64,000 bases of DNA, from contig CM060731.1 of the NCBI GenBank assembly GCA_030704615.1, positions 95,666,001 through 95,730,000 on the forward strand, given 5' to 3'. A program made the position numbers and the translations under genes. Below, piece after piece: positions 11,455 to 22,400 of this stretch; position 1 is the first letter of the stretch; each line of letters opens with the position of its first letter. The notes beneath the pieces are model-generated. The model searched no databases. It saw nothing but the letters and a program-made list of their open reading frames with translations, and was not told the origin of the DNA. Source of the stretch: Takakia lepidozioides. Its lineage: Eukaryota > Plantae > Bryophyta.

Positions 11455-12309
11455 CCCGGGGAAGTCACTCTCTATCACTTGTATAGGGCACGTGAGATAA
11501 ATGGGTATTTTGTAGGGGGTTATTACTTTCAAGGTATAAATGTTCTGCACTCTATCGAAAGTCATAGTGACTAAACTAATAACTGAGTCTATATCTATCC
11601 ACTTGTTGTCGGTATAATCATATTTGAATTTAAATTGTCATGTAAATTTTGAGAAGTAGTTTAATAACACCATAATTGGTGTGGTTGGTCTATTTAATAG
11701 ATCAATAGGCTGCCGCGATATCCCCCACCTGCTCCCTACCTGCTCCCTACCTGCTCCCTAATGACAATTGATAGGGCTCCGAAAAATATTCCCTCGAAGC
11801 TTCTCCTCGTCTCTATCAACCCCTGGCCGGCCTCCTCTTATTTTGTCTGCCGCTACTGCTTCTCGTGCTTCCAGTCGACCATCCACTCAAGCAGGTTTCT
11901 CGTAGCTATCAATCCACAGAGATTTGAAAGTAATCTCGTGCTTAAAATCCGACCCTCACGGATTACAATCGACAGGAAACTCCCTCCTTTACCATTAGAA
12001 AAAAGGGAAACCCCCATGCTCAAACTCCCTTACCAATAGACCCTTAACTCTACATGCATGATGTACGTGTCCACGAACTAATCACTGGACGACAGGTGTC
12101 CACAGGTATTATCTCAACCCTATAGTAATCTTAATTTTTTTTTAATGAGACATTATTTTAAATGCTATAATCATTTAAATTCCCTAATCACAATATAATG
12201 TACCCATTATTACTTTTAAATATTTTCTAATTTTTATCTTTTCAAAATAAATTGCACCCTATATTTTTTTGCACGTCGGTTGGGAATATTTGGAAGTGAC
12301 TTCCACGGG
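11455..12309. mobile_element. Non-autonomous TIR element with 8-bp TSD, nested in the MULE subterminal region
   Basis: TIR CCCGGGGAAGTCACT / AGTGACTTCCACGGG; TSD CACACCCT at 11447-11454 and 12310-12317. Confidence 0.9.
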
Positions 12310-12329
12310 CACACCCTAGTGTCTTGCAT

Positions 12330-12412
12330 TCCCGCTCATGCTTTTTTTCACGGGCATTTTTCTGCGCTCATGCTCATGCCGCTCATGAAATAGCAAAACC
12401 CCCCCCCCCCCC
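12330..12412. mobile_element. Terminus of MULE family copy A
   Basis: GCTCATG repeats ending CTCATGAAATAGCAAAACCCCC; inverse of the termini at 35887 and 47476. Confidence 0.8.
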
Positions 12413-13118
12413 GGGTGATTACAAAGCTCAGACTCGTCGTCCGAAATGGATTGATTGGACATGGCTTGAGTGACTTATAATATCGAACCCTGCATCTGCC
12501 CAAGTGTTACGATCATGACATAAGATCCATGCCTTAGCATACGTTCTACCTCCCGCATGCATGATTCGAATTGCTATATCTCCTGGTGTACAGTAAAAAG
12601 ATAGCGGATTCAAACTTGCAAGTGAGATGCAACTGAAACTCTATACACAAGACCAAGTCATCTCTATCTGGCCCTTGAGTAGTATAGTTAGAACTGTGCA
12701 TCCATTGTGATACCAAATCGGCAGCCCTCTGGTCCGCCAGCTTGAACTCGAATGGCCGTGATCAGCAGCTCTGATATCAAAAATGGGGGCCCTGTTTTAC
12801 CTGCCAGTATAGATCTACGGGTTCTCTACACACAACCCATCAGTCCAGTTTCGATGCTACATGAAGCCACAACGGAAGCAAGAAAACATCATGACACCTA
12901 GACTGGACCGCTTAAGTGGTTATTTGCACCCTTTATCCCTTCAATCGTTCTGTTTCTCAGGCCCATGACGGATGTTCAGAGAAGATATCGGGATCCCATG
13001 TCAGCCCCGCGCCCGTGGCACCTGCACTTCGTCATCTCGTTTGTTTCGTTCACCATGTCACCGTTTTGTGACCACGATCCACTGATTTATGGCCCGGCCA
13101 AGCTGCGTGTACAACCTA

Positions 13119-13680
13119 GGGTAAATGCACAGATGGGTGGACCAAAAACTGCGTAACATGCAGTTTCTGCAGTGATCTCCCTCCATGGTTTTACCCATAT
13201 TTGTCCAACAACTCAATATTTCTAAATTATATGTGATAGGGCTTCTAACTATAATAGATATGTGTACCAACTGTTAGATTGCAAAAACAATCATGTACCA
13301 GAGAGCTATGGACTTTTAAAGTTGATTACTATGGACTGCAGATGTTACACATAAAATCTTATGGACTAAAAAAACATCATCTACACTCATATAATGGCAC
13401 AAAGGAAAACATATTAGGGGTGCCATTTCTAAAACCAACCCAAATCCGCTTTTATATGGACTAATTACCTTAGGAATTGAGAGCTATGGACTATTTTACA
13501 CCTTAAGAACAAATTGTCCATAACATATTATGTTTTAGGTTTTTGGGGTATCATCATTTACCAAAAGGCATACAAACTTATAATCTACAATGGCCAGGAG
13601 GTATCTGGACAAGTGGTTGTAAACTTTAAATTTTGACGTTAGATTAAAATATCTAATAAATAAATTTTTCAATATTTGGG

Positions 13681-13724
<44 letters not shown>

Positions 13725-13853
13725 CTTTACTAAAAATATTTGGTATACTACTATTTTTTTTTTAAATAAACTAACAAAATTGGCTCAATTTTTAATTTTT
13801 TTCTATGGACTCAACATCTGCCATTTTTGGTCCACCCATTCGTGCAAATGCCC
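13119..13853. mobile_element. MITE-like element with about 30-bp TIRs, no TSD found
   Basis: GGGTAAATGCACAGATGGGTGGACCAAAAA vs inverse of TTTTTGGTCCACCCATTCGTGCAAATGCCC; AT-rich interior with repeated CTATGGACT. Confidence 0.65.
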
Positions 13854-14799
13854 CCCACCGTGGATTCACTCTTATGCTTCCAGTTCGTCTCCACTGAGAG
13901 CTAAGTGCGCTCTCTAATTCTTTTCTTTTCTTTTCTCTCCGGACTCAGGACTTGGCGCCTCCTTCTATCAGTTCGGCCCACTATCATGTTCCCCTTTCAC
14001 TGTCACCGTGTTTATCATGTTCTCGTACATCAACTTACTAGATCCAGACTTTAAATACCCGGATGAGCTTGGCTAGTGAATATGACTCTAGACCAATGAC
14101 TTGTAGCACAAATTCCCTTTCATAGCACTAATAGACCTGCTGCCTTTCCATTCCCGATCATGATCATACTAGGGCAAGAGTACATGTCTTCCTAATAATG
14201 TCGTCTCCCTTTATGTCATGGTGATGCTCGGGATGCCGTCAACACTGTTGTTTCTTCTCGGGCCTACTATCTACTTTGCGATCCTAATAATATCCTCTGC
14301 ATAAATTCTATATGAGTGTCTGCTTAACGCCATCAACTAAGCTCTTCCCTTAAACTGTCATCAGTCTCACGGTCACATTGCCTCTCTCCGTCTCTTCTCT
14401 CATGCTCAAAACGTCATCACTCTAATCCACTGTGAAATCCCAGAATCCCGTGTCGATACTGCTTGCTATCGTGACTTGTACTCTTCAAAGGTGGTAGATT
14501 AGCCCCATGCTTGGAGCTGATCCGGATTAATCACCGCTTCGTTCTTACTATAATACTAAACAGCTGCACCTTCACAAGATACACTTGCTGTTTTAAGTGT
14601 TTATTTACGCGGGCTAGTGGCTCCTAATAATGTCTAGATAATATCACTAGAAGCATTCGTGTCTTTTCCGAATCGACTGGGTGTCCGCCAACCACTCCAG
14701 GAACCACTTGGCAATAAGCGGGACTACTGGAGAGTCGGAAAAAGATCCACCTCCATCTCAAAATCACCATCTGGTGACATTCTTGGTTTTGGTTTTGGC

Positions 14800-15190
14800 T
14801 GTAGAGGATAGCAGCTTATGCGAAGGATGAAGGGGCTAACCTTGGGACTTTGCAATCTGCCCTAGGTTCAGCGATGAAATGTAATCCAGCTTTGAAGCTG
14901 TCAGAGCCCTATCCAGGGTCTTGCTTTGGGCATGCCATGTCTAAGGCATGCCACTACGCAACAAATGAGGAGAAGGTCAGTGGTGGTATGATTGAGGTGA
15001 GCTTGAAAGAGGCTTAGGCAGCCTTGCAAAAAAAACCATCATTTGGACAAAAAAAATGGTAAGGGTGGAGTGGGAGAAGGCCTATGTGGATGCAGGTCTG
15101 CCCAAGAGAAAACTTAGGACCTCTGTCAAGACAAGATTTGCTTCGAAAGTCATTATGTTCCAAGAACTTTGGCATATGCTATTGCCATCT
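14800..15190 (+). pseudogene. hAT-like transposase fragment
   Basis: AYAKDEGANL (D), CFGHAMSKAC (CxxH), VKTRFAS (TRW-like); contains a stop and a frameshift. Confidence 0.65.
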
Positions 15191-15564
15191 TTATGTGGGC
15201 CCACGGGGGCATTTCAGACGGCGGGCAGAAGTGGGGTCAACGACTCCGGAGTCATAGCAAAAATCCGGGCTATTTAATTAATTGCGTAAATACATAAAAT
15301 TTGAAAAAGCGGAAATTACAAGTGGTTCTAATTACTGCACATGCGACTAGAAATTTTCATTCATAATTTGATTAATGGAATAAAGATATTTATTCATTAA
15401 AGTGAATATGTAGTCGACTCAACTACTCCATGAACCACTGCGTATTGATTGCACCCATGATTCGGGGCCACATTTGCTGATGTGTGTTTCACAAGAACAG
15501 GCAAACAAAATCTGGCCTTGGGGGCTTGCATATTTTAATATGTACTGCCTCCACCTTGAAGTGA

Positions 15565-17408
15565 CATGGAAGGTCCATGGTGACATCGTGAAAGCTGGAA
15601 TTGTAGGGTTTGCCATTCTGAACACCGCCGTGGTGGACATGTATGCCGAATGCGGGAGCATTGAAGATGCGAAGGTAGTGTTCGACTGTGGCTCAACGAG
15701 ATGTGGTGTCGTGGAGTGCGATGATCGCATTAGCAAGGCAAGGATGTATGCATGATTTGTGCAGAGGCAGTGATAGCTGAAGGAGCAGGATAGAGTGTGG
15801 GTCCATATTCATCCAAGAGGGTCGGATTTCAAGCTCCAGATTACCTATGGATCCCTGTGGAAGGATAGCTACAAGAAACCTCCATGGGTAGATGGTTAGC
15901 TAGAAGCGGCAGCTGTAGCGGCACAGTTGATAAAATCAGGCACCTCAACCATGACCACAGTTTCTGGAAGAAGATCAAGAGAGGGAGTCCACAATGCCTC
16001 TTCTGGCACTTATCCTAAGTGCATCAAGATGAAAGGCCTAGAAGTTGGAAAGCAGGTGCACACTCACATTGTCCAAAGTGGATTCACGCCAAACGTTTTT
16101 CTACTCAACAACCTTGTCAACATGTATGCTAGGGGAGCATCATGGATGATCACCAAGTGTTCAACACAAAATGCCTCAACGATTTTTGATCACGTGGAAT
16201 ATAATGTTGGCAGGATTACCAAGCATGGGCGTGGTACGAATGCTTTGGAGACCTGTGAGCAACTGGTGCGCGAAGGGGTGAAGCCCAACCACATCGCGTT
16301 TGTAAGTGTTTGCAATGCGTGTGCAAGCCTGGAAACGGGGAACGAGGTCCATGGTGACATCGGTCAAAGCTGGAATTGCACCAGATGTCATTCTGAACAC
16401 TGCCCTGACCCGGACATGTATGCCAAATGTGGATGCATTAAGGATGCAAAGGGAGTTTTCGACTCTATGGCTAAACGAGATGTGGTGTTGTGGAGTGCGA
16501 TGCTTGCAGGGTATGCACAACAGGGACGTGGGATGGAGGCTTTGGAGACCTATGATCAAATGATGGGGGAGGGGGTGAAGCCCGACCACTTTGTGTGCAT
16601 TTGCAATGCTTGTGCAAGCCTGGTAGCCCTAGACAAGGGCAAAGAGGTGCATGGGGATATCATCAAAGCTGGAATTGTACCAAATGTCATTCTGAACACT
16701 GCCCCGGCAACTCTAGAAAAGGGGAAAGAGGTCCTTGGCGACATCTTCAGAGCTGGAATTGTACCAAATTTCATTCTGAACCATACCCTGGTGGACATGC
16801 ATGCGAAATGTGGGTGCATCGAGCCTGGACAGGGTCAAAGAGGTGCATGGGGTATCATCAAAGCTGGAATTGTACCAAATGTCATTCTGCACACTGCCCT
16901 GGCAGCTCTGGAAAAGGGGAAAGAGGTCCATGGCGACATCTTCAGAGCTGGAATTGTACCAAATGTCATTCTGAACCATATCCTGGTGGACATGTATGCA
17001 AAATGTGGGTGCATTGAACCCTAGACAAGGGCAAAGAGGTGCATGGGGTATCATCAAAGCTGGAATTGTACCAAATGTCAATCTGAACACTGCCCTGACA
17101 ACTCTGGAAAAGGGGAAAGAGGTCCATGGCGACATCTTCAGAGCTGGAATTGTACCAAATGTCATTCTGAACCGTACCCTGGTGGACATGTGTGCAAAAT
17201 GTGGGTGCATCTAGGATGCAAAGGGAGTGTTCGAAACTATGGCTGAACGAGATGTGGTGTCGTGGAGTGTGATGCTTGCAGGGTATGCACGGCAGGGATG
17301 TGGGATGGAGGCTTTGGAGAGCTATGAGCAAATGATGGGGGAAGCACATCATGTTTGTGTGCATTTGCAATGTGCGTGCAAGCCTGGCAGCCCTGGAGAA
17401 GGGCAAGA
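15565..17408 (+). pseudogene. Decayed PLS-class PPR fragments with internal tandem duplications and an OSB-type PDF motif remnant (about 15795-15925)
   Basis: LVDMYAKCG.I.DAK.VFD.M..RDVV.WS.ML.GYA P/L/S motifs; about 197-bp unit repeated three times in 16635-17210; cut by CACTA end at 17409. Confidence 0.88.
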
Positions 17409-20400
17409 CACTAGTACAGAAACTGGTTTTTTTAACAGCTCTTCTCACACATTTTGGTGTGAAAAAAGCGCAAGTTCACACCCCCCTTGGTGTTAGGTTA
17501 ACCTAGTCCTTTGCACCACATGTGAACTTTCTTGGTCCTGTGAAAAAAACCATCTCACACCAAACTTGCACCTGATGTGGCAGTAGGCTTAGGTGGCTCT
17601 TTTGACGGATATTTTGACGGTCGTTTTGACTGGTTAGTTCAACTACTATTTTGACTAAGTAATCTTAATGGTCTTTCTACGGTACTTATTACACCTCGGC
17701 GCCACCATGTTTGCCACATGTATGTCAAAGGGATTGCCACATGTATGTCAAAGGGAATGCCACGTAATAGAGTCCATCAGAATTATTAAATAAATAATAG
17801 ATATTAAGGGCTCTTCTTACGGACTCTCTCACACAGATTTAACACCAGGTTCAAGTCGTGGTGTGATCGCAATGACACTAGTGTGAATACTGTCACATCC
17901 ACTGTTTTGTTCCTATTGGATGAAAAGTAAACAATTATTATTTGTTGACAAATGCCAAAATGAATAGTCATATTATTATTATTATTATTCTTATAATAAA
18001 TGGGATAGCACCCCAAAAGCCATTGGCTGCTTGATTTAATATGTAATATATTATTGTTTTAGAATTTTGATTTGTTTTGTTTTATTTAAACAAAAGCTTA
18101 TTTAAAACATGGATAATAATTGTATTATGAACCACATTGACCAGTAGTAATGTTATTAATATTAAATATAGCAAACAACCAGCAAAATACCACATTCATG
18201 TCTACACAAGTTTAATTTGGCTTGATGTGGGAAAATGAAGTTGCCTTTGAACAAGGGGATCTTGTGATCATACATGAGAATAGCAAGAGCATCAATTCAA
18301 AAAATACTGTTCATGTCAGAAGAGCAGTTTTGTTCACCTGTCTCAGCAACCTTCAATCCATAAAGAAAACTAAACTAAACTTGTAGCATCTTCAATATCA
18401 CGCGTGTTTAATAAACTTTTCAGACCATAAGGTGGCACTTCCCTGCGTGTCACCCAATGTGGTATGATTAGGGGTAACAGAGTAGTCCGGGTACGGCAAC
18501 ACAACCTCTGAAATCATGACCGATTTCACATGGATACGGTAATAGTTGTCTGGCACATTTGCTTTCGGAAATCCAGCAATATATCCCACACCTGCCCTTC
18601 TTTTTGGTGCACAAGGATCAAACAATAACACCTTGTCGCCGATCTGAAACTGCAACAAAAACCAGATTCCTATATCAGAAATGAACCCTGGATAACAGAG
18701 ACTGACAGCTTGGCACTCCTGCAAAATGCATCCTCGTTCTTCCAGCAAACACCCCAACCCTACCTATTGCAGTACTTCCAATTCTGAATTGCATTTGCCT
18801 GTCTCTATACTCCATGCTGACATGATCAAAGGTGGAACGGTGCCATACCTAGTTGATAGCAGGTTCTGCATGGTCAACATGGATGTGGTAGGACGATGTC
18901 ACAAAACTACCTTTGTAGGTTGTCAATCCTGCAGCTACACAACGATACATAGGGGGTGTATTGATCCAGCATCAGACAAGGAAACAAAAGAGGACAAAGG
19001 AAGTACTTACACTGTGCGGATTTTGTTGGTCACCCCATGGTTCAGTTACATCCACTGTGGTTGTAGTCTGATTGATAGCACATATTGTGCTTTCCCTGCC
19101 CATTGAACGCTTCACTGGTTTCACCATCTGCATATTGAATGACACATGATCAAAAAATGAGAATAGCACGAATGACACACATTGTGAAGTAGCATTAACA
19201 ATACAAATCCACCCACGCGCCCAAGCATTGAATCTTTTGCTCTCACCTTTCTTTGATTATGCTTTGTTGTTGCATCGGGAGGCAAAGTCGTTGGAACTCT
19301 GGCAGCAGGAAGCCCTGGTTCGGATGCCTTTGCAGATTGTTGTGATCCACTACCCATGGCTGCAGTATTGAACAAGTAGTTGGGCTGCCCATATCTGTAT
19401 GGGTGCCCTGACACATACTCAGGGATGTGTGCAGCCTTGGATACACCCTCTAACCAAGGCAGTAATTCTTTCATAAGCCTCTTGCAGTTTGGCTGATCTC
19501 TCAACTTCCATGGATACGGGAAGATGCAATTATTTGCAAGGTTGGGTAAGCAAGTGAGTGGGGAATCGTCCACCAGCAAAGTATTGGTTGGATTGTAATG
19601 GCTGTAGTCCTTCCAAAACTTACATAAGTTCTTGTACATGACAGTTTTAGAAGGATTGAGAGGGTCCACCATTCCCACAGGTTGGTCACAATAGTCTTGG
19701 TGAAGCACCATCTTTGGTTGCTTCCCAGGAAACAATGCTTTCACAACTGGAAGGACATTACTCAATGACATGGAATACCATACACCTACATCAAAAATCT
19801 GAAGGCATCGGTCCAGAAACTCCTGACACCCAGGTCTGGAGGTGATAGTGGGCTCTAGGTGTTCCCTTGTTCGTAGTCTGCTCTCACATAACAATCCATT
19901 CAAGTCAAGTATAACGATGTGTTTTTGCCTCTCAGTTGCCGAAGGGCAATTACCAACAACTTGTACATGATTATCATGTACAAAAGACACACCTTTCTGT
20001 GGGGCACTCTGCAAATTCATGGAGACCTCACAGGCATATTGAGAGGGTAGTACATATGCCAGAAGTGCTACTGGTGTAGGGGACAACAAAACGGATGAAC
20101 ACTTTGCAGTTGCCTCAACAATATGGGGGGATGGATTGAGTTCACCTTCAGACCAACCCTCCATGTCATCATCCCCCTCCATTTCTGAAAGCCCAAACAA
20201 TGAGCCTATTGTGTTTGGCTTTGGTGGCGGTGAAGAAACTGCCTTGAACAGGTTGAGTGGTGAGCCCATAACATGAGAAATAGTCTCATTTGTTGTGTGT
20301 GGCGCAAAGGTGGTGCATGGTGGACCTGTAGGTTCCGAATCTGGCACATTCATGCCAAGTTTAGCTGCGAGCGCAATGTTGAATGCAGCTGCTGCCTCCA

Positions 20401-22400
20401 GTTGGCCTTGGACTGCTTCCAAAGCTGCCTTGGAGCTGGCTTCCATCTGCACTTGTTTGTTTTCCATAGCATCGAGGCGAGCTGCTAGTGAACCAATTCC
20501 CTGCCCCATCACATAGAACACCTCCAAAGTAACAATTCACTACACTGACTGATGAACTAGTAAGAAAACAGAACCAAACGGCAACTAGCAATGGCATGGA
20601 AATCACGAATATGTAATTCACACCAGAATTGGTACTGAGTTTATATACCGTTGTGGCTGCACTGCCTGTACACCCCGAGCCGTAGCCTTTGTCACTCCTT
20701 GCGCTACCGGCGATCTCCTGCAAACTTGGTGTACGTCCAGTCTCCTTCTCCTGTGATTGCAACAAACTTGCAAGTGTTAATGACTAGCATAGCACACTGC
20801 CAACAGTAAAGAATTATCTAGGATAGCGTCAATGACTCCCCCTCAATAAGAGTGCTTAGTTTCTTGCTGGCGCCCAACTCTGAGAAGGCCCCCAAGTAGT
20901 AGCAATGTGTACTAATTCAATGGTGATAGGAATAGACTCTGAGCTCCAGCCAAAAAACCCAACACATAAAGTTTGTCAATGCAAAACAATGTGGGAACTT
21001 CCTATGTTGTAAGAGAAGTATACCAGTCGTGCTACAACACCGCTGATTCCACTGCGACCTGATCGAGATGTATTCTTCACACATCCCCGCGCCTTGACAC
21101 CATTTGCCTGAAATTTCTTGAAATCAGTGGAACCCCAACTAACAACTAGTTGTGCCCATGTCTTGTCTGGCACATGATGGGGTTTGGGCAGCCCCACACT
21201 ATAGTAATTTTTGAACAGCTTATTTCGTTGGTACTTGAGCTGCCCGCAAATTGTTTTTGTAATAGCCTTTATGTTAAGACCAGGAGGTCCGTATTCCCAA
21301 TCTGAAGCCAGGATCTCCATGATCTTTTCAATTAAGTGTAATGGTTGATCCTGAGCATACAATGACCAGTCCAACAAACGTTGACACTGCCCTCGCAGAG
21401 CTGTCATCCACTGGTTCCGAGCAGGACCTTCAGGGTTTCCAAGTTCATCACAAGAAATGAAAAATTTCCTCCTCCCTACAGCCACATTCTGAGCAGCCTG
21501 GTCTCTCAGATCTTTTGCAAGTGCCCTTCTTTCCCTCCTTAAAGCATTTTTGCGTTCTATAGGAGTCACACCTGATGTCCCCCCAGGACTAAGGCTGGAA
21601 TCCTGCAAGGTTTCAGCAGTACCATGCATGTTACCACCTTCACTCTGTTGGGGCTGGACTGCTGTCTCCCACCCCACAGGATGATGCGGAGCAAATGCAT
21701 CCTCGGTCTATTTCAGAATGCCTTTCCCTTTCAGGGTATTAGGTGTACCTGGAGATGTTGGATAAAGAGGTGGCCGCGGTGCAGTGAAGCTCGAAGGTGC
21801 CGGCAGTTGTACTCCACTGTAGTTGGATCCTGAAGGTTGGTGGCCACCATACTGGACCTGCCCCTGGTGTGGTCTTGCAGGGCTGGTAGGATAGAGGGAG
21901 GAAGTAGGTTGGTTGTACATAGGCCGAGGAGGATACATACTATGGGGATGCATTCCATAATGGTGGTAAATGAATACCCACCTTGACTAGGATCATGCAT
22001 TGGAGCGCCTGCAGGTGGAGCAAAAGAATTGTAATTCTGGCACTGAGAATCATTGTTTGGAGGTTGATAGTGAGGATACGGCATGTGCCCATGCAGATTA
22101 TACCCTGACATGGCAGGATATTGTGGGTACATAAGCGGATACGAGGGAGGAGCCGATACTGGTGGATACAAGGGAGCTGGAACGTCAATCTGTGGAGTGG
22201 GCGGGGCTGGTTTTTCGTAAGGGGGAACAACCGCGCCACTCATCACAGCAGTTGGCGCAATAGTTGGTGCACACTTTGCTGGAGTAAGAGACTTATGCTC
22301 GTTCGCATCCTTCCCTGCAATTCCCTTCCTTTTTTTGACTGAACTCTGCACACATTGCTCAACAGAAACATGTGAAACAATACGACCATACTACTAGGGA
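17409..22400 (-). mobile_element. CACTA (En/Spm) element, 3' part
   Basis: Terminus CACTAGTACAGAAACTGGTTTTT at 17409 preceded by AGA; subterminal repeats (TTTTGACGG, GCCACATGTATGTCAAAGGG); TnpA-like gene inside; right boundary approximate. Confidence 0.85.
18398..22351 (-). CDS. Multi-exon TnpA-like CACTA gene containing an FCP1/NIF HAD-like domain (possibly frameshifted in its 5' Pro-rich part)
   Basis: PTTA-like WAQLVVSW...SRSGRSG (21677-21020); short exon KETGRTPS; 20527-19121 with ILDLNGLL, RPGCQEFL, NTLLVDDSP; C-terminal VVLPYP...TLGDTQGSATLW typical of En/Spm TnpA. Confidence 0.7.

Noticed and set aside
13684-13722. Poly-G run (also about 4317-4333, poly-C 12399-12412) as G-quadruplex or poly-Gly coding
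   Set aside because: Simple homopolymers inside TEs; their lengths are unreliable in assemblies.
12420-14790. Possible degenerate coding remnants outside the MITE (12430-12960 and 13950-14780, minus)
   Set aside because: Many stops and no motif I could assign.
15927-17024. Functional 365-aa PPR gene
   Set aside because: Truncated and out-of-register motifs, frame switches, no E/DYW end, and a CACTA interruption.
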